NCBI GenBank assembly: GCA_965112155.1 | Contig: OZ218106.1 | Strand: one strand, 5' to 3' | DNA from: Podarcis liolepis | Lineage: Eukaryota | Length of the DNA stretch: 64,000 nt | In this document: one piece after another, positions 37,088-49,990 of the stretch | How the letters are laid out: each line of letters starts with the position of its first letter | Position numbering within the stretch: the first letter of the stretch is position 1 | Notes under the pieces: model-generated | Told to the model about the DNA's origin: nothing | Databases searched by the model: none | What the model saw: only the letters and a program-made list of their open reading frames with translations | Translations under genes and position numbers: made by a program

Positions 37088-38936
37088 TATATATATGGTT
37101 GATTACCCTGGCGTGCAGAAAATTGAGACTTGTGTGTTTTTTTAGAAAAGACTTCAGTTTTGTTTACAGCTTATCTTACCATATAATAGATCCACAGAGC
37201 TTATCTGAATCTGTGTGAGCAACATAAATTCAGATAAGCATTATCTGCATTGTCCTTATGACAGTTCCCTAGGGTTGTAGAACTTCTGTATTCTTCCCAG
37301 AATATATTACGATACTTGAAGTTGAAACTTATGGGCCATATCTTCTAACAACAGGCACAATTTTCAAGTTCTTGAAATATATTTTAGTGAATATTCTGTA
37401 GAACACATCATTTAGCATATGACCGAGGTGTCAGTTTTATATGCATAGTGGTGTAGTATATAGCCCTGTGCAAACATATATTCCATGTAGCAATGAATAC
37501 ACAGGAGTCTACGTTCCCACATTTGTAGGCTCACAGCAGGCAGGTGTAATATGCACCATTTGGAAATGAAAATATATGACCATCCCCCCAAATTTTGTGG
37601 GTGTGAACAATATCAGAATCAGGATTATGTATCATGAACATAAAAAAAATATTGAATGCACAATAAAAACGACATCTGAAGAGCCCCCAAGAATACAAAA
37701 TTAATGACAGGAGAGGTATAACCAACCCCCCCCCTCTCTCTCTCTCTGCATTTATTATTATTATTTATCCAATTAATGCATGCACAGAGCAATCCAAATT
37801 ATAGGAAGTGAATGTAATTTATGGCAAGGTAAATTATGCCAGCAAAAATTATATCTGTACCAAAGCATATTAAGGCACAGGGCTACTGCTGGCTAAGCCC
37901 TCGGTAATCCAGGATAGAGGACTTCTTCCATCTGAGCTGGTATGAGGGGCTTCAGATGGCTGAGCTTCGATACCCAGGTTTAGCTGGCAATCCGCCTATT
38001 CCAAACTTTGCTAATACCAGCAGATCTTGGGTTTGAATTGCTCTCTTACTGTTGTAAATTACTGTATATATTTTCTATTTAGTAAGTGTTTTTGTTTTTT
38101 AAGATTGATGAAATAGATGTTACCTGCAGCAGCAAGTGACATTTTCTCCATTCTCCCGGGCCAACAACAGAACAGTTTGTAGGGCTCAGACTCTTTGAAG
38201 TGTAACTTGAGGTGGATGTTGTAATGAGTTAAAATGATCAAAGTTTTAAATCAGCCAAAGAAGCATCAAATACAGTAGAAAAGGCAGTCTTCATAATGAG
38301 CACAAGAAAGGATTTGGTTTCCTTCATCCTCTCTTGACATTGATTAATCTATGAAGCACAAGCAGGTATCAGCCAATATGTGTGGGGGTGGGCCACATAT
38401 AATAGTTGTATAGTTGTATAAGCTCAGGTTCTGCATCTCTGGGAAACACACAGCATAAATGTAAGGCAAACATTTGTTAGATGCATCTTATAAAAACACA
38501 ATTGTGAGAGTCAGAGGTAGCAATCCCAGAAGTATCAGCAGCAAGAGTGAGATAGGCCTGATTACGGAGGAACAAATTCCATTCCCATGGATATGAAAAT
38601 AGAAAGTAAACATAAGGCAGGAAGCTGTGGTGAACACACTAGATAGAAGTCAGCTTGGATGAGAAAAGTGGGGGTGGGGGTGAAAGAGAAAGTGAGGGAA
38701 TGAGAGGCAGACAGAGAACAGGACACTTAAATAAAGTGACAGGAAGCAAATTCTTAACTACATTTCTTGCCAGAAATGTGATTGTACTAAATGAAAGTCT
38801 TTTCCTCTCCCCTTCACAATTCCTCTGAGGAACTGAAGAAAGAATATTTGAGATGGGAAGGGGGTTGACTCACTGCTTGCATGTTTCTCGTGTGAACTTC
38901 ATGGCTGTAAGTCAGCGTTCCTCATATTTGAGAATA

Positions 38937-39146
38937 CAGTGATACCTCAGGTTAAGAACTTAATTCATTCCAGAGGGCCGTTCTTAACCAGAAACTGTTC
39001 TTAACCTGAGGTACCACTTTAGCTAATGGGGCACCACTGCTGCGCAATTTCTGTTCTCATCCTGAAGCAAAGTTCTTAACCCAAGGTACTATTTCTGGGT
39101 TAGCGGAGTCTGTAACCTGAAGTGTCTGTAACCTGAGGTACCACTG
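38937..39146. mobile_element. Tc1/mariner MITE
   Basis: TA|cagtgatacctcagg ... cctgaggtaccactg|TA. Confidence 0.92.
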
Positions 39147-39936
39147 TAACCTGTTTAAGGCTGCAGTTCCATGAACACTGTCATGTTGGTAATAAATCTC
39201 ATTGAATTAAATGGGATTTACTACTGAGTCAACTTGCACAGAATTGTGCTTCCTTTGCACATCACCCCCAAATATTAACTGAGCATACAAAAGCCAAAGT
39301 GGCATCCTCTTAAATCCACCTAACACCAATGAACTTCATCACTGAAGTGAGCAGCATTCATTAACTTATCAGAGGCTTATCACCAAGGAACTCATTGAGA
39401 GGACATTGCCCCCCCCCCCATTTTGTGGCTCATAGTTTCACCATTTCACGTGAGAGGTGCAGTTGTTCTGAGCTCAGTTGCGAAGTATGGATTTTAGCAA
39501 GGCTCTAGTGCCTCAAATCTAGACTCTCACACAATATTCAGGGTTGCGGACTCAATGAAATTACTAAAAAGCTATGTACAATTGAGGAGAAATCAGATGG
39601 AGAAGGGATTAATTAATAAATTAATACCAGATTGTTAAGAGGTATCCCATGAAGATTTCAGCATCTGGCATTGTTCAACCTTTTTATCAATGAAAGGAAT
39701 AAAACAATGGAGAATAATCCTAGTATCTAGATAATCTGTTTAAATGTGAAAGTATAAGATAAGTAGCACTAAATTTAATTGTTGTTGTTACATATGCTTG
39801 AAGCTACTCTGGGATGTTTCCTTGAAGAACAATAAAACAAAGAACGGCAACTCACCCGTCTCAGTGATATGGTGTTTGCAGCCTGGAGCAACCTCTGCCC
39901 CTAGCACCCATTCCCAAGCTTCTGTTCCTGTTAGGA

Positions 39937-40072
39937 CAGGCATAGGCAAATTCCGGCCTTCCAGATGTTTGGGAATACAGTTCCCATCATCCCTGACCAC
40001 TGGTCCTGTTAGCTCAGGATGATGGGAGTTGTAGTCCCAAACATCTGGAGGGCCGGAGTTTGCCTATGCCTG
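39937..40072. mobile_element. Hairpin hAT MITE
   Basis: TIRs caggcataggcaaa / tttgcctatgcctg; near-palindromic body; TSD tgttagga / tgttagaa. Related decayed copies near 25950, 29270, 41425, 57420 and 57935. Confidence 0.88.
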
Positions 40073-40477
40073 TGTTAGAAGAGATCTCGTCCTCTCCCAG
40101 ATGGTGCAGGATTCTAATTTGTTTCCCACAATAGTGGCCAATCATGGGTTGGCTGGGGTGTGTGACACAAGTGTAGGTGGGGCCAGGGTTCACTCTTCAG
40201 AGGCATCACTTGGGTCCACTCCAGGAGGATAAAAGCTAGCATGTCCCTCACCTGGTACAGCAGTCGACTTCGGATCTGCCTCCCACCCTCCCTTGTTATG
40301 GTCTTCTGTTTGCTTGCAATTTAATGTATTGCTGGACATTTCTTGGGATTATGGTTGCTCTATTTGGGCCAGGGAGGAATTTGTTCCAACAGACTAACAG
40401 GGCCCTCCTGAGGGTATCACCTTCCTCGTAGCAATCATCACAACTTTGGCAGATATGTCATTGGGTAAGTTCCTAGT

Positions 40478-40614
40478 AGTAATAATAATATAATAATTTA
40501 TTATTTATACCCCACCCTTCTGGCTGGGTTTCCCCAGCCACTCTGGGCGGCTCCCAACCGAATATTAAAAGCACAATACAGCATTACAGCATTAAACATT
40601 ATAAACTTCCCTAA
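40478..40614 (-). mobile_element. L2 3' tail fragment
   Basis: (AAT)n tail followed by tttatacccc...ctggctgggtttccccagccactctggg, as at 41946. Flanked by ttcctagt on both sides. Confidence 0.75.
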
Positions 40615-41149
40615 ATTTCCTAGTTGGTGATGGAAGGGGAATTCAGTGTCCATGTTTCCTATTCCATGGCAATGGGGTATCTTGTTAAAGGGATTCAAGG
40701 GGGGGTTTCTTCTATGCACACACCCTGATGGGGGCTGACAGCCAATGCACTCTCCAACATAGCAAGCCTGTGGGGGTCATACCTATTGGATGTATGTCAT
40801 AGGCCTAACCCACACCAGGCTTGACTCCTGGTATTCTTCCAGCAGGCGGGCTGGAAGTCTTGGTGGACTACCCAATGCCAAGACAAAACTCATATTTGTA
40901 ATCTAAAAGGTTGCAGCCTAATTGTAAACTCCAGTGAATTATGTCTATGATGCTTGTTTCTCCCAAATGGCCAAGGGAGGGTGGATCTCACGGAGCCTGG
41001 GCTTGCAAACAGCTAGTATTGTACAACTTTCATACTTTTTCTTATGATTCTTCATTCTTCAAATTGTATTTGAAAATTATGTGAGATAAAATTTCAGTGA
41101 TATTCTCGTGTGTGTGTGTGTGTGTATGCAAGGTTTTTGTTGTGCTTAC

Positions 41150-41257
41150 CTTACATTCCAGGTAGTCAAGGGGTGTTTGCAAGTATCCTTCCTTTTGCTG
41201 TATAAATCACCCTTCAAGTGGTTTGCACTCTGCAGCCTTCTTGGGTGCCAACACTTT
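41150..41257 (-). other. Candidate 108-nt exon
   Basis: tatttgttttcag| ... aag|gtaagc. Only one frame is open and it is not recognised. Confidence 0.35.
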
Positions 41258-41944
41258 CTGAAAACAAATATAGCTTCTCCAGCTGGGATTTCCTGCAAGC
41301 TGGGAAGGATGGAAGGCTGCCTCTTATGTGTCTAACAGCTGTTCATTGCTGGGTGTTTGTTATTTAAAAAGTGAACTGCAGAATTCTTTTTTCTAAGGTA
41401 AAAAGTGTTGGTGGGATGTTTCATGTCGGTGTGGGGTGCCTTTGGTCCTCCACATTCTGTGGAGCTACAACTGCCATCATCCCTAGCCATGGATGCTGGA
41501 GTGCAACAGCATCTGAGGAGCAAAGATTCCCCACACCTGGCTTAATGGTCAGAAACACACAACACTCATGGCCACCTTGCAATGATAAGATGAGCTCAAC
41601 TTTAAAATAATTCTGAAGTGTTCCTTCTCTAAATTCCAGAGAAAGGGGAAGAAAAATGAAAGCCTCTTTCATAGGGTGGGGAAACATTTGAGAAAATGAA
41701 GGACAGGCTTCAGCACAGCGCTACACACAGCAGTTCTATGAAAAGATATGAATTGGGTCAAGGCATAGTACCAATTAAGGAGTTCACAGGGAATTTTAAA
41801 GCTTCTTTGCAGCATCACAATTGAATTAAGGATCTATTTCCCTGTTTCCTCCAGCAATCTTTGGCAGTCTCTCACATCCCCTATACTACAGGTGGGCTGT
41901 CTCTCATCTGTATGTGTGTCCTGAAGCTATGCTCATTTATTTGG

Positions 41945-41945
<1 letters not shown>

Positions 41946-41996
<51 letters not shown>

Positions 41997-42440
41997 TTAT
42001 TATGTATACCCCATCCATCTGGCTGAGTTTCCCCAGCCATTCTGGGCAGCTTCCAATCAAGTGTTAAAAACAATATTAAATATTAAAAAACTTCCCTAAA
42101 CAGCCTTCAGATATCTTTAAAAAAGAATATAGCTGCTTATTTCCTTCACATCTGAAGGGAGGGCGTTCCACAGGGCAGGCGTCACTACCGAGAAGGCCCT
42201 CTGTCTGGTTCTCTGTAACCTCACTTCTCGCAATGAGGGAACCGCCAGAAGGCCCTCGGTGCTGGACCTCAGTGTGGGGCTGAACGATGGGGGTGGAGAC
42301 GCTCCTTCAGGTATACAGGACCGAGGCCGTTTAGGGCTTTAAAGGTCAGCACCAACACTTTGAATTGTGCTCGGAAACGTACTGGGAGCCAATGCAGATC
42401 TCTCAGGACCGGTGTTATGTGGTCCCGGCGGCCACTCCCA
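41946..42440 (-). mobile_element. 5'-truncated L2 LINE 3' end with (ATT)n tail
   Basis: Long (AAT)n then the characteristic gttccacag...gaaggccct...gggctttaaaggtcagcaccaacactttgaattg L2 ORF2 end on the minus strand. Confidence 0.85.
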
Positions 42441-42965
42441 TATTTTATATCAATGGCCTTGAGTATACAGAAAGACTATTGATCTCCCTGCCTACACTGA
42501 CTGGCAGCAGCTCTCCCAGGAGTCTTTCTCAGCCCTTTAGAAGTGCCAAGCATTGAACCTGAGATCTTTTGCATCCAGAGCTACAGCCCATATTTGTGCA
42601 GACCTAGATTATTGGGATTGATTAATCCCTTCAGCCTTCCCTAATTTGGAGTATTATGATTTTGATTATTATTTATAAAGCCTGCAATTCCACAGACGTG
42701 CTCATTAATTATCTTCTATTGAACTCAATAAAATTTAATACTTGTAGCATTGACTCTTAGAAGGGAATGCCCTTCAAAGAAGGGCAAACTCAGAAGCTTT
42801 TTCTTACTTGTCTGTAAGCAGCAATATGTATCTAAAAATAGGATGAAGAACCTTACTCTCCTCTGCCTTTCTGCAATATTTATCACTGCTGGAGAAAAAG
42901 GAATTTAACAGATGCAAAAATATACAGGTGAAATCAGAATCATACATAATAATTTAGACACTTAC

Positions 42966-43006
42966 CATTGCAAACCAAGTTATTTCATATTTCAAGCCTG
43001 TGCCCT
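42966..43006 (-). other. Candidate 41-nt exon
   Basis: ctttttttctttattctag| ... gcaATG|gtaagt, near-consensus sites at both ends. Confidence 0.4.
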
Positions 43007-43725
43007 CTAGAATAAAGAAAAAAGTTTCAGTTCTCTCCTAGATAGAAAGTACCAAATTCTTTCCCAGGCAAACAACTTTTCAATTCTCCTTTCTGGGAAA
43101 GGGAAAGAAAGGGAAAGAAAATCCCCATTTTCTGACTACCATTAATGGCATCCAAACTTCAAAATATGCAGCTATGCTCCAGTTGTAATATTGATATATA
43201 ACATTCTTTGATTGAGATTATTTTTATGCAATCAACTTTGTTTTAATTATTGCTTTTCTGGAAGAAATTGTGAGGCTGTGTGAAAATGTCAGGGCAGGCA
43301 TTTTTATGCTTGTGACAAAGGACAAATTCCATGTACATAAGCAGAACAGGCTGGCCATTGGAATCTTTAGCTGTGTTCATTCTTCTGTTTATTGTGCACC
43401 CACTGTATTTTCAGCGCTGGGGTTTAATCTGTGTTCACCCGGGAGATGTAATGCACTCTGTTATTCATCTTACCACAAGAAAGATAGCCACAGCCATGTA
43501 GTTGTGAACTGGATCCTTTACTTAACAACATCAGCTATTTACCAGTTACTGCAAAAGCAAAGAGGAAACGAGGAAGAGAAACTAAATGCACAACTCAGGA
43601 AGGTCAGTGTCATGGACTGGTTGGACACAGCTGGGGCAACACCAAGGGAAATGGCTCAGAGCCCAGGGAGTGGTGATGGAACGATGAGTGGTCAGAGGGA
43701 GAAGACTAGGAAGAGGAGGTGAGTC

Positions 43726-43858
43726 NNNNNNNNNNNNNNNNNNNNNNNNNNNNNNNNNNNNNNNNNNNNNNNNNNNNNNNNNNNNNNNNNNNNNNNNNNN
43801 NNNNNNNNNNNNNNNNNNNNNNNNNNNNNNNNNNNNNNNNNNNNNNNNNNNNNNNNNN
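43726..43858. other. Assembly gap (133 N)
   Basis: Run of N. Confidence 0.99.
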
Positions 43859-44882
43859 GTCTCTCTTTGTTAAATTTTACATAGTAACTTCCTTGAGGCA
43901 GGGACCTGTCCTTTTGTTGCTGTCGTCCTAGAGTGCTTCCAGGCATAGGAGATTTAGCAGCACCTAATCAATTCTTTCCTCTTCAAGCTGAAAGCAGAAC
44001 AACAGCCCTGCAAATCCAAGTGACATTTAATAACTGGGCAGGCTGCCCCCCCCCCCCCGCTGAAGGAGCAATTTCTGTTGGGACCATGCCATGGCACTGA
44101 GGAGAAAGTGGTATGCTACAGTCCCTATGCCATAGTCCTGACCATGACTGGGCATCTTGTTGCCCACTGTGAGAAGAATATAATGCTGAACTAATCTTTG
44201 ACCTGATCCAGCAGAACTCTTTTTGTTTTTGTCCCCACTGCCATAGTTACAACGTGAAGGAGGAAAGAAATGGATATAAATGCAATGCTATTTGGAATGG
44301 GGAATTCACAAAGCAATACAGCTAATTTGTAGAGAGAGGAGAGAGATACCATAGAGAAAGAAATGTGTAAATCTATAAAGGAATCAAGCAGCCAAAACAA
44401 AAGGGAGGGAAAAACACCCAGCTATTGAACAGCTGTGTGATGGCTTATCATCTACACCTGGGGAGACTGTGCAGCTGCTTTATTGTGTTTTAAAAAGTAG
44501 GATTGTGTGAGCTCTGAAAAATAATGGGGAAAATACATGAAGCGGATGTTTTGCTTTGAGAAAAGTGAGTAACAATGTCACTATTCCACAGCAAATGTCC
44601 ACCTTAGATACAATCTAAGTCTTCTTACTAGGCTTTTAAGCTTCCCTTAGAACAATATAAGACTAGGAAGGTATGTTCAATTGCATGAAGGGTAGCCCAC
44701 CTACTGCCACACTTGGATGCAGCAATGCTTGAAAATACCAGTTGCTGGAAATCACGGGAGGGGAAAGTACTCTTGCGCTCATGTTCTGCTCCCTGGTTTC
44801 CTACAAGCATCTGCTTGGTCTCTGAGCCATTGGCCTGACCCAACTGACTGTTCTTTTGTAGTCCATTAACATCTGATTGTCT

Positions 44883-45129
44883 CCAGTGTGGTGTAGTGGT
44901 TAAGAGCGGTAGTCTCATAACCTGGTGAACCGGGTTCGTGTCTCCGCTCCTCCACATGCAGCTGCTGGGTGACCTTGGGCTAGTCACACTTCTCTGAAGT
45001 CCCTCAGCCCCACTCACCTCACAGAGTGTTTGTTGTGGGGGAGAAAGGGAGAGGAGAATGTTAGCCACTTTGAGACTCCTTAGGATAGTGATAAAGCGGG
45101 ATATCAAATCCAAACTCTTCTTCTTCTTC
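44883..45129 (+). mobile_element. Squam2-like SINE
   Basis: ccagtgtggtgtagtggttaagagc...gggttcg...aaatccaaactcttcttc. Same family as 19745. Confidence 0.9.
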
Positions 45130-47479
45130 CATGTTGGCTGCCCCAACTCTCTTGCCTTTAAAATTGTACTACAGAGCAATCACAGAAAATTAAATTGCCA
45201 TTGTGGAATGAAAACCTTTGAGGTTTACAATGAAAGGTTGGACACAAATATGTGGAGAGAGCTCAAGGTATAAGTTCATATCCTGAAATACATAACTATT
45301 TAGCGATAAAGATTGCTTGTATGAACACCATCAATATAATCTTTTAATAATATGTTTTTGTGAATTTTAGGTATTTGGCAACAATTCTTCTTCTCTCCCT
45401 TTCATCCGTCTTAGGTTACAGTATTTTATATTGATTCTATGCTGCTTTTCGTTGACAGTTTAGATGTTATATTGATATTGGGCTTAAGTTTGTTTGACTG
45501 AGTTTTCTATTTTCTATTCTTTTTCCTGCTTTTAAATTTTTTTTATTTACCAATAGATTATTGTAGTGCAATTTGTAAGAGTTTAATTGAGTTTAATAGA
45601 TTTATAAAATTTTACTAATTTTTGAAGTTTTGTAAACTGTCCACAACACTTGGTTGCTGGGTGGTTTAAAAATGCCCACTATTTAAGTAACAACCAAGCT
45701 TTGCGAATTTGAAACCATCTGTAGTCTCTTAGATATATTGGAGGCAAGGGTTGGGGGCTTAATTGTCTGTAAAAGGCAAGATAGAGGGAACATACAGAAA
45801 TTATTTCACAACTATGAGAAATGAGAGCTACAGAACCCAATAAAACATCTCACAGCTAGTTAAGCAAAAATAGTTCCTCCCCCCATTGGCTTAGAAATAA
45901 TAATAATAATTAAGGGCTGGCATGCACATGGGGAGGAGGAATACAGTCTTACGCACATGTTTTCCTTGGAGAATTTGAACAACACATTTTTCCTTATGTG
46001 CTTAAAAATATATGAAAATGAGCCAAAAGAAGTAGCACTGCTGGCAGCAAGCACTCTGTTTTGGCAATGCATATGGCAGTCCATGTCCCTCACAAATAGC
46101 TTAAGATCCAATTTCTTTGCTATTTTGCAAAAAGCTCAACAACTTTGCCAAAAAAAAACTTCAACCACTTTTCTGTCTGGATTCTCACTTTTTGAAATAT
46201 GGCAACCCTACAGTCAGGGCAAATTTCTTCTGCTCACCCTACATAGAACCTAATCATGGGATGGGCAGATTTGTAAAAAGAATTGGTCTCCTTCCATGGA
46301 AGGCAGGGGAGAAGAGGAGACTACATCAGTAACAATTTGGCTGGACTGAAGAGTGAGCTACTGCCTATGTATTATGGTGACGGCTGCGTCTCACACCCAT
46401 TTCTGTTTCCCTGGCTTGAACATCAATTATCCAGCTCTTTGTGTGCACCACAGAGGCCAGATTTGTCCTGAGGAATTTTAGCCCTAGCTCAGCTGCACAC
46501 ATTGCGCAGTCAGTCAGGCTGATGGAGACAAGCTGCCCACAGAACTGAAGCTCTACCCAGCTTTCTTTAAGCTCATTTGTCTGACAGGAAATTATGAAAA
46601 GTGGGGGAGATAATGGGTGAGGGAGCAGTGCCAGACCTTACTACAAACATTGAAGTATTTACTGTGGCAGGCCCTGTCCTGTGGAACTGCCCCTGCCTTC
46701 TTTTAGACTTCTTCTGAAAACTGTGTTGTTTTGACAGCACTCTACAACATGATTTTATTTCTTTTTAACCAATCCCTACTTAGGGCTCGTCCTAATTTCT
46801 AGGCACAGGTCGAGACTTTCCAGCATTGGAGTCCTTCTTCTGCCTCGCTGCTTTCTCCACAAAAACCCACTCTTTACCACGGAAAACAATTCCACAGAAA
46901 ACCCAAATTTCAATTTGCTCCAATATAGCTGTAAAGGTCATAGTTTTCCTGAAGAAAAGGTGGGGTTAAAAAAAACCCACATTCAAACATGGACCTGGAA
47001 AGCCTGGAAAGTGTTGGGCAAAAGGTAAGAGTGGAGAAGGCCATAAGACAATTCTGCTGGTGTGGTGGGTCTGGAACCTTTCGCAAGAAATACCTCTGCT
47101 CACTCAGAGATGTATTTACACTCTTTATTTACATATATGGACCAAGTACAGAGCATAGCTTCATGCTTCTGAATCCTCGGTGCCAGATCCAGGAAGTGGG
47201 AGCTTTCGGCTCCTCCTCCAGCAGAGCAGCCTGGGAAGTCCCAAACGCCTTTTGTTCCTTATGCTTTAAGTCTCTCCTTTCCTGTGCTGAAGGAACTGGC
47301 ATCGCCTCTCTCTCTGTGCCTGAGCTGGTAGAGTGGTGTTGCTTCTCTCCAACATCAGAGAGCGTCCTCTTCACTGGAGTTCTTTCCACTTGCTCTCCCT
47401 ACTCAGTTTCTCCTGTCTCTTCTACAGGCTGTTGTTCCCTCCCCCTCCCTCAGTTCTGGGGCATCCCCTGGCAGCCTCG

Positions 47480-47710
47480 TGACAGCTGGGCCAGGCCAAT
47501 GGCCCATCAAGTCCAGCATCCTGTTCTCACGGTGGCCAGCCAAACGCCTGTATGAAACTGGCAAGCAGGACCCAAGCACAACACACTCCTCCTGTGGTTT
47601 CCAGCAACTGGTATTCAGAGCACAACCACCTTAGCTAGTAGCTATTGATAGCCTTAACCTCCATTAATTTATCTGATGCTCTTTTAAAGCCATCCTAGCT
47701 GGTGGGTATT
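47480..47710 (-). mobile_element. CR1 3' UTR fragment
   Basis: ggcccatcaagtccagcatcctgttctcacggtggcca is the reverse complement of the CR1 tail at about 11600-11650. Confidence 0.7.
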
Positions 47711-48683
47711 TTGACCTTGTAAGTTATATACTGGCTTGATATGCTTTTATGGAAGTGTGGGCTATAAATTATTTGAGAAATTTGAATTAAATCAAAATCT
47801 AGAGGGCACCACTTTGGCTACCCCTGCTGTAAGCAACTGGTGTCAAGACCAGTGGACACAATAGTCAGTGGCTGACCTTGGGGTCTGAAATTTCAATGGC
47901 GCCCTGTGTAACACCCAGGAGTGTCAGCTTGGCTGCGTGGCTGTGGGTTCCTGGGACTGTGGGTGCCATGCAGCGTGCATGGCCCTAGTGTCAAAACTTC
48001 TGGGTGCCCGGCCCCCTTTCATGAACTGGTTGTGCTTCCCTAAACCTGCCTCTGCCATAGTAGCCTGAATATACATAGCTGTCTGGCCTTTTGTAAAGTG
48101 GTCCCTTGCTTTTAGTTTACCCAAACCTACAGGCAACTGACCCTTTCTGTCAGGGAATTCAGTAGCTATCGGATATGGTGGCAAAGCATCAACTCTGCAT
48201 CCAGGAGACAACTCTCCCATGGTATTTTGGAAAGTAGTCAAAAGCTGACATAAATGTGGCCGCAGCTGATGCTGTTTGTCCTCTTTTACAATGGGTGCTG
48301 TGCGCTTGCTGGGCTATGTACATTGCTCACGTTTCCACTGACAATATGCCTTCACCGTTCAAATTGGATACAGACATCTTCTGGAAACTTCGAAAGTTGC
48401 CAGACAGATGCCTGACAGTTATGCACATATGGCACATCATATAGAGTATCTTCCTCCCTTCCCTATGCTTCCTTTCTCTCTCTTTTTCTCTTTCCCCATC
48501 TGACTGACTGAACTGAAGTGTTAGAGACCACAGCCAAGCTACTCGAACTATAAGTCATCCTTAGACAGCACTACTAAGATAACAAAAAAAATGTGTATGC
48601 TTATTTTCAAGTTCTCTGTTTAGAGAACAAGCACAGCACGGCTGTCACATGAACAGCCTGCTTGCCTGCTCTGCGGAGAGATT

Positions 48684-48879
48684 TTTTATATATATTCTTG
48701 GGCCTCTCACTCTCCCTTCCTCCAACCATACTCATTTGCCCCCCCCCATTTGCTCAGGAAATAAATCAATTTCATCTGCTATAGTTTGCTTTCCTTTTCC
48801 CCCCTTTCTGTCTCTGTCTCTCTCTAGCTCACTCGCTCCCGCTTTGTAAGCCTGTTTCTGCGGCACCATATGGCAGCTG
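48684..48879 (-). promoter_or_regulatory. Possible TATA-containing promoter or enhancer
   Basis: Minus-strand TATATATAAAAAA at 48694-48682. E-boxes CATATG (48867) and CAGCTG (48874) upstream. Repeat-free context with retained CpGs. Confidence 0.25.
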
Positions 48880-49669
48880 AGAGAAGGGTAGAGCAATGAT
48901 CTAGCTCTTAACAAAAGAGGCTGTGGTGTCAAAGAAGCTCATGAATGCATGAGACACATTCATGTATAGAAAAGTGCCTCTAGCCCTGTCAGAGAGGACT
49001 AAAGAGATTGCTGATAGACCTGACATTGCTTTAGAGTGGGTGGTTTTTTTTAAAGGCAGCAATGTCTTCGGCTCATCTCTCTCACACACCTCCCTCATAT
49101 TCTCTCTATCTCTTTCTCTCTCTTCCTCTGGTGCTATGCCAAAATCATATTAGCACTCTTAACAACATTGGATATAAAGTCAATGTGTGGGGCAGAAAAA
49201 TGTATTTAATTCAAGTACCATATACTCTTATCACTTCGTTCTTGTCATTTTCCCCCACCCACCAAAATAAGCAAATCTTGCTATCCCTGGCAAGCAATGG
49301 ACCCATATTGAATTATCTGTAAGTTTGACGTTGTCTAGATAGGGGGGTGGGAATGATATCCATTGCGGGGGGGGGGGACCCTGCAAAATGCAGGTGTGTC
49401 TCCTCGGATGATGCATTGCTAACAAAATATTCCATTAAAAACAAAATGCCCTGCTTCCTCCTTTGTAAACTAGGCATCAAAAGAAGATAGTTTGAATAAC
49501 TGAATAGATTTCAACAAAACAACGAGCAATGATTTTGTTTTCCACTTTTAGCTGCCCCTCCATCCACACACCCAAATCCCATCTCCCCTCTTACTCTTTC
49601 TTATTTGCTTGTTTATTTCTTTATTTACTTGTATAAAGATTTCTATCACAATGACATTGGAAGTGTCTG

Positions 49670-49990
49670 TTGGATCAGGCCAGTGGTCCAGCTAGTCCAA
49701 AATCCCAGTGGCCAAGCAGATGCCTATGTGAAGCCTGAAAGAAGGACTTGAGCACAACAGCATTCCCCATCCCCACCATGCACTTTTTTATTCCCAGCAA
49801 CTGGCATCCAGAGGCAATTGCCTCTGAAAGTGGAAACTGTGTGTAGACATCATAGCTAGTAACCACTGGTAGCCTTATCCTCCATGCATTTGTCAAATTG
49901 TCTTTTGAAGCTGTCCAAGTTGGTGGCCATCAGTACTGCTCATGGGAACAAACTCCATAGTATAGCTAGCTACTGTGTGAAGCAGTATTT
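49670..49990 (-). mobile_element. CR1 3' fragment
   Basis: ggatcaggccagtggtcca...cagtggccaagcagatgcc...tcctccatgcatttgtc, reverse complement of the CR1 end. Confidence 0.7.

Noticed and set aside
43688-43946. ORFs crossing the N run
   Set aside because: Artefacts of the assembly gap.
46989-47555. 188-aa ORF
   Set aside because: Spans a low-complexity LTR-like repeat and a CR1 tail; no domain.
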